A stretch of DNA of 64,000 bases from Ylistrum balloti (taxonomy: Eukaryota). Shown piece by piece: positions 52,507 to 64,000 of the stretch (position 1 is its first letter; every line of letters begins with the position of its first letter). The position numbers and the translations under genes are program-made. Where the stretch lies: positions 930,001-994,000 of the forward strand of contig NW_026781896.1 in assembly GCF_031769215.1 (NCBI RefSeq), in the 5' to 3' direction. The notes under the pieces were generated by a model. That model did no database searches, was not told where the DNA came from, and worked only from the letters and a program-made list of their open reading frames with translations.

Positions 52507-54786
52507 CCCAGATTTAATCTGATAAGTTGTGATAAAATGTTTGAAATACAGACGCCAGATATGAACAAAATAATTGACTGAATTACCTACGTTCTATATA
52601 TATAAACTTATTTGTAGGTTTCCAGAAGTATTGCGTCAGATAAGCAAGTCAATGATAAAAGAGTCGTTATGCTCTAACAACAGTGTATGTATTCACCACG
52701 TTAAGTGTAGAATAACTCACGAACTTGCTGCTTGCTGTCATTCGACAAGCAAATTAACATTCTTTATTGCATTTTTTTATAAATATTTCAGGATTGTGAG
52801 TAACACAGAATACGGTCAATGTGAAGGTTCGATGACTACTGTGAGGATATTTACATTTATTGTGAACGAAATGTCATATTGTAATAATACTTCGTTAACC
52901 CTGTGTGCCCCGTAAATCCGTACACCTGGTACTATACTTCAGAGTTGAAAGATCAACTATCGTGCTGTATAATTAATTTCAAGGATATACTGTTTAGTGT
53001 ATATCTACACTCCCTATCAGACTCCGAAATGATACATATATTGATTGGAAGAAAGGTTAACCACAATATTAGCGAAGAAGAGTTGATCTATTTTAGATTA
53101 ATATCAATCACGTATGTTTACAAAATGTGCAAGTATTACTATACCTAATGTATGAATCAATTATGTTAATTATGTCATAAATGAAGATATATCGTATGTG
53201 TATGACATATTTACATAATTTTGTGTAAATTTGTGGGTTCCCCATCCCCTGTGTGATACTGGCCCACAAATTTATGTAAACTCTTCCATATATACTCTAT
53301 GATAATTTATCAATTTGATGTGTCACGTGCATGTGTACCTATATATACATGTATATACTATTTATAATGTATTTATGTTACCAAATGTTTTGTATCCATG
53401 TTCTATACTCTCTGTACTCTTCATTTTGGAGGCAATAAAGAAAATAATAATATTGTAATAATACTTCGTTCGCAAGCAACAGTGTGGAGTTTCAAATTTT
53501 TCGGAATAATATTTTTTTGTGTTGTGTTGGAGATACCAATTTGGGCAGTTTCGAATCTGTACACGTGAAAAACTAGCTTTACAGGAAGTGAAATTTCCAT
53601 ACTGTTTACAATCGGTCATGTTGTGAAGATGTTTTGAACTGGAATTTGCTGAAATATAAGTAGTTTGTTACCATGACGACAATGTTGTTGATTTTAAGAC
53701 AGGTGACCAGAAATAAATTTTCTCGGCAAAATTATAGTGTTAGATTGGATTTGGTTGTATTTTTGGATTTTTATCATTTTTTGAGTTGATTACCATGGCA
53801 ATCACATGTCAGGAATCAGGATTTTTTTTTCACACATTTTTATTTTTCTCTTCTTCTAGTGCAATTGTTATGATGTAAATATAAATACATATAACGGTGT
53901 ATTTTTATAAGGAATCTGCTATACCTGTATATCTAAAATATGACAAATTATTTAAGGGGAAATACAAACTAAATGAGACTATAACTATAAGACATTGAAG
54001 ATGTAAAATGTGCTATACTATCTTAGTCAAACTTAATCCCATTCATACTTGCTATAAATACATAAATAAATAAATAAAAAAACACACCCTGAAACTTGTT
54101 CAGTATTATTTCATTTTTATTTTATCTTGGGTGGGTAAAGGGAGGTAATTAGAGTATTGTGGTGAGAATTTTGACCACGTATCAGTTTGAAAACTGTTCT
54201 ACAGTATGTAACAGGTATAAAATAGGTCAGTAACAACCTCAGAAAGACTGGATTGCAGGGAAATTGGAATTTTTAATATGTGATGTTCATAGTAACTAAG
54301 AAGTAAAATGTTAGTTTTTTAAATTCTGGATAAATTTTCTGTTATGATAATTTTTACTCAATGATGTGTGTGTATTTATCATAAACTGAGTATACAATCT
54401 TGTCAATATTGACGGTAAATAATATTTCCATAGTTACAGCTGTAAAAATAGTATTTGTCGAACAAGATTGGAATGACACAGATTCTGATAATCACAGTGG
54501 AAGGAGGGTGGGGGCAGTTAGCATAAGTGTTTGTGATCTCATATCCATTTCATTAAAGGATATGCGATGTCATATCACTGTTACTTCTAAAAAATGTGTC
54601 AGATGCTAACCTGAAATTTTTGCATGTAGAGGAATTGGCTCATCCAACTCATTAATATTTTCATGAAGTAATGACGTCAAAAATTGTTCATCATATAATT
54701 TTTCAAGGCGTTCAGAAATAGATTGGAAGAATTTTTTTTCTCCCTCTCAGGGGGCCTAGACCCCTTTCGACTAGGTGAGCAAAAAC

Positions 54787-55275
54787 GAGATATCTGAAGT
54801 GAGATTGGTATATATCTACAACAGTGGCGATATCGGTATGGTTTTGAAGTTATCTGTAAGGTAACTGGATATCTGACGTTTGATTGGTATATTTACAACA
54901 ATGGAGATATCGGTATGGTTTTGAAGTTATCTGTAAGGTAACTGGATATCTGACGTTTGATTGGTATATTTACAACAATGGAGATATCGGTATGGTTTTG
55001 AAGTTATCTGTAAGGTAACTGGATATCTGACGTTTGATTGGTATATTTACAACAATGGAGATATCGGTATGGTTTTGAAGTTATCTGTAAGGTAACTGGA
55101 TATCTGACGTTTGATTGGTATATTTACAACAGTGGGGATATCGGTATGGTTTTGAAGTTATCTGTAAGGTAACTGGATATCTGAAGTGAGATTGGTATAT
55201 CAATCGATATTTGAGATATCATTATGATTTTGAAGTTATCTGTAGGGTAACTGGATACCTGTAGTGAGTATATAT
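54787..55275. repeat. 77-bp tandem repeat, ~6 copies
   Basis: gttttgaagttatctgtaaggtaactggatatctg recurs at 54841, 54918, 54995, 55072 and 55149, with a degenerate last copy. Confidence 0.95.
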
Positions 55276-55609
55276 TTTATATTGTTGAAAGTGTCTGTAA
55301 GATTCCTGAATATTTGAAATACATTCGGTATATCTGAGTGCTATGTTTGTATAGTTCCGAAGTTTTCGTTATATTCCCAGGTTATTGAGATGTATATAAT
55401 TATTTGACGAGCACCAGTTCTGTTTTGTGTGCCAACAATGTAAAATAAGAATTCTATGAATTTGGTTGATTGATGTTATAAATACAATCTTTATTTTGAA
55501 CGGTGACTGGAATATTGTAACAAGTAATAAATAAAATCAGATTATCCTATCACAGACAACCTTAAATCACATTTTGAAAAAAAAATGTATATTTATGAAA
55601 TAACATTTG

Positions 55610-56246
55610 GTTTTTAAGGCACCCCAAAATCCTCAAGGGGGATCATTAAGAAATAATTCCCCACTCTCAACGATGTTTCAAACCAAATCTGGTTGAAATC
55701 CATTCAAGAATTAAGGAGGAGTAGTGTTTTGGGACCCCGCCCATCCCCAGATCCCTAGGGGTCAAATCAACCTTCTGAATTGAAGAAATGATTCCCCACT
55801 CTCAGTGATGTTTCAAGTCAAATTTGGTTGAAATCCATTCAAGCATGAAAAAGGAGTCGCGTTTTGAAGCAAAATATTGTCTTATTTTCACTTTTAGTGC
55901 CCAGCCCCGAAGTCCATAGGGATTAAATCAAATTTCTGATTTTAAGAGATAGATGCCTAATCTAACTGATGAACCAGGTCAAAACTTGTTGAAGTCCACC
56001 CAGACAGAAAGGAGGAGGGGTAAAATCTAGTTTCAGCACCTTCCCCTTTGGGGCACCATCCCTCAAATCCTAGGAGCAGAACCAAAATTCTGAACTTAAA
56101 AAAAGATATTATAACCCTCACCCAATGATGCATCAGACTAAATTTGGTTGAAATCCATCCAAGTAAGAAAGAGGAGTAGGGTCATAGAGAAAAAGTTTAC
56201 GTACGGCCCACGGCACATGACTCTTCGGGTCAGATGACCTAAAAAG
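55610..56246 (+). mobile_element. HINE-like element with ~3-4 satellite-like core repeats
   Basis: Repeated aagaaat.attccccactctca..gatgtttcaa..caaat.tggttgaaatccattcaag core; 3' stem-loop ggtcagatgacc followed by taaaaa. The 5' end is not defined. Confidence 0.6.
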
Positions 56247-56896
56247 TGTGCTTCACAATACACATAAATTTTGACAATATTGACAAATAACGATTATTGT
56301 ACAAAAAGCTTTTAAAATCTTGTATAAAATCAAGTTTGATAAATCTTATATTGATTTGTTTAGTCACAGTTTAACAATATAAAATTTTGTTACATTTATT
56401 ACTATTGATATGTTAGTCCATAATTTAACATAAAATATAGTTTTGTGATAAAATCAACATATCAACATCATCAATATCACCGACCTATAGCATTTGAAGT
56501 AATTTCTAGAGCTTTCCCGATAGAAAGTTTTTTTTTTTTTTTTTAGTACTCAGATTTTGGCTCTATTTTCCTCTAGACGGTTGATATAGTCTATAATCAT
56601 GTACATACACTTTTCTTCTTTCTTTTTTTTACACAATATCAGGGTTTTCTTTTTGTTAGTTTTGTTAATATTGGTTATTTTTGTGCAGTATTAGTGAATA
56701 CATGTTTTTTTACATTCTAAACATACAGCATATTCGCTATGCTAGCCCATACGTCACTTCCTGTTAGTAACCGAACGAGCTGGTTCCAAACACTCTGAGA
56801 GCCCTGTAGCTTCATCACAGGTAGAGAGATGAGCCCCGTAGCGGGGGGTCAGATTATTGTCGCCATCAGTGTAATGAAGGATGCTCAAAAACAAAG

Positions 56897-57013
56897 ATGG
56901 TGCAGTGTTTTGTTCCCGATTGTAACCAAAGAAGCGAGAACACAAGTTTCAAATTCTTCAGATTTCCTAAATATGACCGAGAAAGAAAAAGATGGTTGGA
57001 CCTTAACATATAA
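56897..57013 (+). pseudogene. THAP-domain N-terminal fragment (not in the ORF track)
   Basis: MVQCFVPDCNQRSENTSFKFFRFPKYDRERKRWLDLNI* matches the THAP pattern M-x2-C-x-V-x2-C-N...F-F-R-F-P-K...R-x2-W. The distal C and H zinc ligands are missing. Confidence 0.7.
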
Positions 57014-57118
57014 TCCTAGTGATATTGGGCTAACTGAACTACTACTGTAGTTTTAGTTGCCGAGCCATATCATCATCGTACTTTTTCCTTTTTTTTCCCA
57101 TTTACTTCCCCCCCCCCC

Positions 57119-60100
57119 TTTTTTTTTTTTTTTTTTACTTTTTATTCATTCTTTTTTTCTGATCAGTATTTTATTACTCGAAAAATAAATCAACAGAGCA
57201 CATATTGTATACAGTTAAATAAAATGACAGGTTTAAAGTGCAAAGTGAAAGATTAGTATCAGTTGTTCGGTTGTAAAAGGTGTACCAGGCTAAGCTAGTC
57301 CATAATTTGGTAATAGACTGGATAGCTTATCATTGAAAAATACGCGCACGTGCTCGAGTATATATGGATTATATTTGATGGAATCAACGATGCTCTCGTT
57401 TGGATATAGCGTACAGAAGGTTTTCAGCCTATGTATGCACGTGTGTATTGTATAATCAGGTAAGTAATCATTCAAAGAAGATTGCATCTGCTTTTATAAA
57501 AGGCTATAGGAGTAAGTTATTTACAGTTAGCCTACGGAGTACATTGTTTACAAAGGGGGTCATTTCAAAAGATTTATATTGTTTTTCATTGATAGTAAAA
57601 ACGTTCATTTCAAATGTTGTCTAACTATGGAGGGGTCGTCTCAAAAACTTATAACAATTCTACTATTTCCTGAAGATGTATCCATTCGGGTGTTAGCTGT
57701 TTCATCCATTTCTTAACCTGCAGCCTGTATTTAACTTCATGTTTGAACAATGATAAAACATTTGTATTCTTTGTTCTTTGCTCAGTAGTGTAGTAGTTTT
57801 TGTAAATAGTGTAGGCTATAATAGTCATGAGGTTATTTATCATTATATACATGTGGTTATCTTTTGAAATCTTATAGCCTAGAATTATTGTTTTCAGCGA
57901 TATTAAGGATTCATTTGTCACATGTAACTGTTTCATAAGTGTCTTGATCTTTTCCCAAAAGGGTTCAACATATTTACAACTCACGAAAAAGTGATTCAAG
58001 TTTCTTTACAGTAATTACAAAGAGGATTATCAGTTACATTCCATTTGTACAATAGTTGTTTACATGGAATTATCATATGAATCAATTTCCATCTAAATTC
58101 TTTCAGCTTGTTTTCTTGTATGTTTTCTTTTATAAATTCAAAAGTATCTTTAACTTCAGTTTTTGTAGCTTTGAACAATTCTGACAGTTTCATTAAGTTT
58201 AAAGGTTCTGTTATCCTTGTTGATAGTATTGTTTCGTATGTATCTCTACTTTGCAGTTCATGCAGCCTTATGTATTTGTGTTTAATGTTGTCATAAAAGT
58301 AAAATGGACAGTCAGTTTTCACTTGAGTCTTTCTACTATCTTCTTCTTCAAGAATTTTAAACTGTCTTTTCGGAAAAGCTCTTTTCAGTTTATTTATTTC
58401 TGATATTCAGTTTGTTTTTATTTCCAATTTGGTTAATATAAATTCCTCAGATATTTTTTTCTCTTGGTTAAGAATGTCTTCAACTGTTATTAAGTCATTT
58501 TCTATCCAATTATTGTAAACTTAACTTTTCCCTTTGTATTTAATAAATTGATTTCCCCATTATATTTGTTTTCTGATTATGTGATGTGTTGTTGGGGAAA
58601 AAATTGTTGTTGACTGTGTTTTATCCATGCATTTAATATGTCTCGATAGAACTGAGGTATTCTCTCTGTCCTTTCTATTCTTTTTTCAGAATCAAGATTC
58701 ATTTTGAAAATTAGAAAATTTTTTCCATATTTCCCATAAACCCTGCTGGGGAGAGTCCTTCAGTTTCCTTCGTTGTTATCTGTTAACCATTTAACCTATT
58801 GAATTCTGAGCATTTCTATATGAGATTCAATGTCACACATGTTTAAGCCTCCCTCTTCAAGTTTTCTTACCAAATCTGTTCTTTTTAGTTTTTCCCTTTT
58901 TCCTTCCCATATGTACTCAAAATCAAATATCATAGTTTTTAACCTTTTAATTATGAGCTTCGGCCCGTGTATATTAGCTGCTTTATATGTTATTATTGGT
59001 ATGATTAGTGATTTCACAATCTGAATTCTGCCTAGTATTGTAAGTTTTCTCCTTTTCCACTGTTGCAACTTTCCACTAATTTTTGATTCCATTTTTTCCC
59101 AGTTGAGCTCATCACAAAGATTCCTATTGGCACCAAAATATATTCCCAAAGATTTAATTGGTTGCTTCCAAAACTGAATTCCTTCATATACTGCTTCTCT
59201 GTTTTTCCATGATCCTAACCATATTCCTTCAGTTTGCTTTTTGTTTAGCATTAGCCTAGAGTATTTACCATACTCATTAAACAGGTTGAGAGCCAATTTT
59301 ATTTCAAAATTTGTTTTAGGAATAGCGTAGTGTCATCTGCGAATTGGGAAATTACCTTATATTTTATATTGTGTTTTAATTGTATAGGTATTCCTCTGAG
59401 GTATTTGTCCTCTCTTATTCTTATTGCAAGAATTTCCACAGCTATGACAAACATCAAAGCCGACAAGGGACAACCTTGCCTTATTCCATGTGAAATATTG
59501 ATTTTTGTTGATAACCAACCCTTATTTAATATGTAACCAGAGACATTTTTGTACAGAGTTTTTACCATCTAATAAAAGGATTATTAAAACCAAATCTCAC
59601 TTGTTACTACTTTACCGTGTATATAGTACCTACGCTCGTTTGGGCATTTAATTCTGGGGAATTATACCCCCAATTCATTTTAGGTTTGTTTTTTGTATTT
59701 GCATTTGTTAACATAATTCAATTTCCATGTTGTTCATAAGTCTATGTACCTGTCAGGGCTTGCCCTGTAAGTCATGTGCAAACACTTTACTCGCAATGAG
59801 TATTAATTACACAATTCCGGGATCGCTCGGTGACTCGCAATGAGTTCTTACTTATCACAACTCCGGGATCGCTCGGTGTTGCAGTGGGATTGCCCACTTC
59901 ACCTTATAACCTTCAGGGTCGCCTAGTGGTTGTGTTAGCTTTTGAGGTTGCCCGGGGATCGCCCCACTTTCACTTAATTATGTTGTAAGTAATAAATTTT
60001 GCTTATTTGTAATTAGATAGGTTTTTGTATCTTTGCTTTGTACCAGTTTATATTGTCTTTTTTTGTAATTTTAGTAAGAGCGTTAGATAGTGAGTAGCCC

Positions 60101-63100
60101 CTAAGATTGCCAAAACCTAGCTTCGACTTTTTTCCTATGTCCTGAACAAGGTAAAGTTAGCATTGATGTTGAATGAATTTTCATTTTCTCTGTCAACTGC
60201 TGTTTGTGTCATGTATAAACCCTTATTTGATATATAACCAGAGACATTTTTGTACAGAGTTTTTACCATCTAATAAAAGAATTATTAAAACCAAATTTTG
60301 TTAGGGCTTCTAGCATGAAAGGCCATTCTATTGAATCGAAAGCTTTCGAGAAGTCGAGGAAGAATAAAGCACCATTTGTCTTAATTTCTTCTGTATATTC
60401 TATCATATCTTGGATTTGTCTTATATCAAAACCAATGTTTCTATTTCTATATAACCAGTTTGATCTGAGTGTAGAACAGATTTAAGTCTTTGTGCTTAAG
60501 CTCTTGCTGGTATTTTATAATCGACATTAGGAATTGTAATAGGCCTCCACTTGTCTAATGATAGTGGGTCACCTTTTTTGACAATCAGAGATAAGAGTCC
60601 TTGTTTCTGTGTAGTTGACATTTCTTCATGTTCATAACCACTATTGAGTGGATTTAGTACCATGTCACTAACCTCATTCCAGAAAATTCTGTAAAATTCT
60701 ATAGTTAATCTATCTAGGTCGGGGCTTTTATTTAATTTCATTTCAAATAATGCTTTTTTACATTCTTTGAGTTTTAATTTACCGTCGCATCTTTCTTTTT
60801 GTGATGTGTTGAGAAGTTTTCTAGTGCGAGTTTGCTGAATGTACTCTTTTATCTCATTTTCATTTAGGCTTTTGGATTGATACAAGTTTTCATAATATTG
60901 TCTTTCTAACTCTAGTATTTCTGTTTGACTTGTAACTACTTTCCCATTTTTGTCTTTTAATTGAGTTATGTTCTTCATACTCTGCTTTTTTGTTTCTAGT
61001 CCAAGAAAGTATTTGGTGTTTTTTTCTCCTTTTTCTAGCCATTCTGCCCTAGCTCTGATTTGAGCCCCCCTTGCTTTGTATTCATAAGCATCCTCAATTT
61101 CTTTCTCTTGTTCAGTCAGTTTTGAACTATCTGCTTCACTCAAAGATTTTTTTAAAGTTTTGAAGAAGTTTTGAAGTGTTTTCTCCATTTCTACAATCTC
61201 GTTTTTTCTTTTCATTGCCAGGTCCCTGCAAAATTTTATAGTGTACTCTTTTATTTCTTTTTTGCATGTGTCCCACTGTAGTCGTTTTTCAATGTTATGT
61301 TTTGCACAGTACTGCTTGTGTTTTGTTATTAAATCCTTAATTTGTGCTTTGTAGAAATCATTGTTCAAAATACTGTTGTTTATTTTCCAGTACCCACAAC
61401 CCTTTTCTTTAATTTTACTAGCAATTTTTAGTGAGATTCCCAAGTGTGATGTAGATTTTATGTGTGCAGGTCTAATGTCACATGACTTTGTATACTGTAT
61501 AATTTCTTTATCAGTTATCCATAAGTCTATTTGACTTGCTTCAACATTCAAATTTCTTTGCCATGTATATTGTGTATCTGATGGGTGCTTTTCTCTCCAC
61601 AAATAAATTAGTTTGTTTGTTTTCAAAAGAGAATTTAAGCTATTTACTGTTGTTTTCTTTTTTGGTTAGGGTTTTTTTACTTTTTCTGTCTATCGGCTTT
61701 AGTGTGTCATTAAAATCTCCACCTATGATTAAAAATCCTGTTGCATTTTTATCAACATATTCTTTTACTTTCTTAAAGAATGCGTTACGCAATATTTTAT
61801 TATTTGGTGCATATACATTACCAATACTGTAGCCCACATTGTCTTTTTCAATGTCTAACAAGAGGAATCTCCCATCCTCATTTTTCACTATTTTTATAGG
61901 TTGTATTTGTCACTCTTCATAAGAATTGAAATTCCTCTGCTGCTACTAGTTCCAAAATTATGCCAAACAGGCTCAGTCCATTCTGCACTTAAAAAGGGTT
62001 CAAGCTCCTTCGTGAAGTGTGTTTCTTGTATGAGTATTATATCTGCAATTTGGTTTTTTAACCATTCATAAAACCGGTTACGTTTTTCCTTATCCCTTAA
62101 CCCCTGTACATTCAAAGATAATAGATGTGTTGTCATGTATATGTGTGTTTTTACTATTTTTTTTTATACAGATTTATTTTTATATAAAATATACATATAT
62201 ATATATATTTTAACTTTTGCATGCTCATTTTTTATGCCTTAATATTTTGTTAGTTATTAGTCTTATATAAGTCTTATATACTAGTAATGAAACATGCAAG
62301 ATATGTCTTTACTAGAGCAATGATTGCCCCTGCATAGTCTTGCAAGATTTTCAGTAGTCTACTTTTTATTGCCAGTCTTTTTCTCTGTTTTTGAACGTTT
62401 ATCATTGGCGTTGAGGACTTCTGAAGGTGTGGGAGGAGAACGCTCGATGATAGTATGTGCCTGGTTGTTCCCTTTGTTGCCTTTAGGAGTGCCTGTGACC
62501 ACCTGTCCATGTCTGCATTGACCAGCTATTACTGATACTTCTTTACCTTTAGGTTTCTTTTCTTTTTCTTTTCAGTGATTGTCGTGAGTATTGGTATCGT
62601 GTGTCATATCTTCGTTGTCGTTACTTTCGTTGTCATCTTCGTGCATTTCGTCAGTTTCTGTGCCTGTATCACTTTCTGTGGGACTTGGACAGTCTACTTG
62701 TTTGTGTCCCGTTTTACCACAGTTTTTACATACCCAGTCGTTAGTACATTGTCGGAAGGCGTGTCCCTCGGACAGACATTTCATACATTTCAGTTCCATG
62801 TCACCCGTGTTGTCCCTAGGTTGTCCCCTGTAGGTAGCTATCGCTCTATATTTGCCGATCATGATAGATTTTGGAATGTGGGATGTCATTTTATCAACTA
62901 CCACAAGTCTATCCCCAGGTTGACAGTTAGTTAACAGACCATCAACCCTAAGTCTCTCCCGATAGAATTGTAGTATATTGCAACCTCGCAGAGAAATTTC
63001 CCTTTGAATTTGACCGTTGTCGGCCGACAGTGGCACGTTTTTAACCCTTATCGCTGTCGTATCGTTCCTGTATTGAAAACGTGGATTTTGACTTTGTAGA

Positions 63101-63141
63101 GTAATATGTTTTTGCCTCAAGTCAATTCCAGATACAAGTAA
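57119..63141 (-). mobile_element. Decayed L1/Tx1-type non-LTR retrotransposon, 5'-truncated in ORF1
   Basis: ORF1 remnant with two CCHC knuckles (CMKCLSEGHAFRQC, CKNCGKTGHKQVDC). ORF2 runs 62136 to ~57649 in broken frames: APE (LSLNVQGL, IQETH, IIGGDFND), RT (WRPITIPNVDYKI, GIRQGCPLS, FADDTT) and a C-terminal Cys motif (CNYC...HFFVSC). AATAAA at 57146-57141 and an A18 tail at 57136-57119. Confidence 0.93.
59596..60217. other. 622-bp unidentified insertion in the LINE RT, flanked by a 79-bp direct duplication
   Basis: 59517-59595 and 60218-60296 match with 3 mismatches; the intervening sequence is not RT-coding. Confidence 0.85.
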
Positions 63142-63149
63142 ATAGATCC

Positions 63150-63500
63150 ATATATAATGTTTAAAATTTTCCCGAGACAGGATGCATGAATTTTCTGGTC
63201 TGTATACAGTGCACATTGATGAAATTTGATGAGCCATTTCAATCTGTACCCAAATTGTTTTCCCACCCTGGAATTCAAGATCATCTCTCCAGTATGATAC
63301 ACTAATGAATTCGAGACTAAAATACCACCATCGGTAAGACTCAATATATCCAGGTAGAACTCATTCAGGAGGAGGCACATCTTTGTCCAGTGAAATATAG
63401 ACAGTTCATTTTCAAAAGGACATGAATTCATTTCTACATCCATGTCTGATATAATGTTAACTATGAACCCATCAGACACAGGATAACCAGACATAATTTA
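63150..63500 (-). mobile_element. Decayed CR1/L2-type LINE endonuclease fragment
   Basis: Across frameshifts it reads FIVNIISDMDV ... VLPGY..SYR ... DGGILV-SNSLV ... RDDLEFQGGKTIWVQI ... CTVYRPENS, the APE motif order typical of CR1-group ORF2. Confidence 0.6.
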
Positions 63501-63760
63501 CTTGATCCCATTTTATTAGGTAATTGATCCACATGTAATTTCTATTGGTTGCGGTATCAGTGATCACGAGCCATGTGTAGTATTCTTGTCTATTCCTGAT
63601 AGCATTTCTCATACATATATCTGAGAAGTTTTAGCATATAAACATACTAATTTTAACCAGTTACTGTTACATTTGACTTGGTAACACTGTTTCGAAATTG
63701 TATTTCAGCTGATATGGCAAGTCTTAAAGTTACTGTATTTGCTGAGAATTGTATTCCTAG

Positions 63761-64000
63761 AACAAAAGGCCCAGAAGGGCTGTATCGCTCACCTGGATAT
63801 TTAAGTCAATATTGCAAAACTTAACATTTCTTCAAAAGGAAAATATTTCCCCTGGTGAGCCTCATCCCACAGATACAGCGTCATATTCCCTAGCGGAAGG
63901 GTAAAGAAAGAGTTGTTTTAAAGTACATGTATAATTTTTTCCCTGATAACTAATTGTTTTATGAGAAATAGTCTGGTTTTATGATGCAACATTCCACTGT
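63761..64000 (+). mobile_element. 5' end of another HINE-like element (runs off the window)
   Basis: aacaaaaggcccagaagggctgtatcgctcacctg resembles the 5' termini at 1757 and 42738. Confidence 0.45.

Overview
Eukaryotic, AT-rich, intron-containing DNA, most likely a bivalve mollusc such as an oyster. This is inferred from Helentron/HINE-type repeats, Penelope/Tx1/CR1 relics and a divergent two-BIR IAP; no prokaryotic features or CRISPR were seen. (1) 1-37.3 kb is an amplified cluster of a small 4-exon gene that the ORF track misses. I assembled it by hand from GT-AG sites, all phase 0. It encodes a 134-aa protein: signal peptide, then a His-rich tract, then a compact two-Cys domain resembling BRICHOS. 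There are four intact minus-strand copies in a ~7.44-kb tandem unit, a fifth copy lacking exon 1, and an intact, more diverged, inverted sixth copy. Each spacer carries the same dead Tc1 element and a Penelope RT scrap. Diagnostic sites suggest copies 2-4 are chimeras made by unequal crossing-over inside intron 2. (2) 39.5-40.5 kb is a two-BIR, RING-less IAP with a palindromic kappaB-like site upstream. (3) 42.7-56.2 kb holds HINE-like elements and minisatellites, including a duplicated composite VNTR block. (4) 56.9-63.5 kb holds a THAP-domain fragment, a decayed L1/Tx1-type LINE with a 622-bp insert flanked by a 79-bp duplication, and a CR1-like endonuclease relic. All family assignments come from motif recognition, not database searches.
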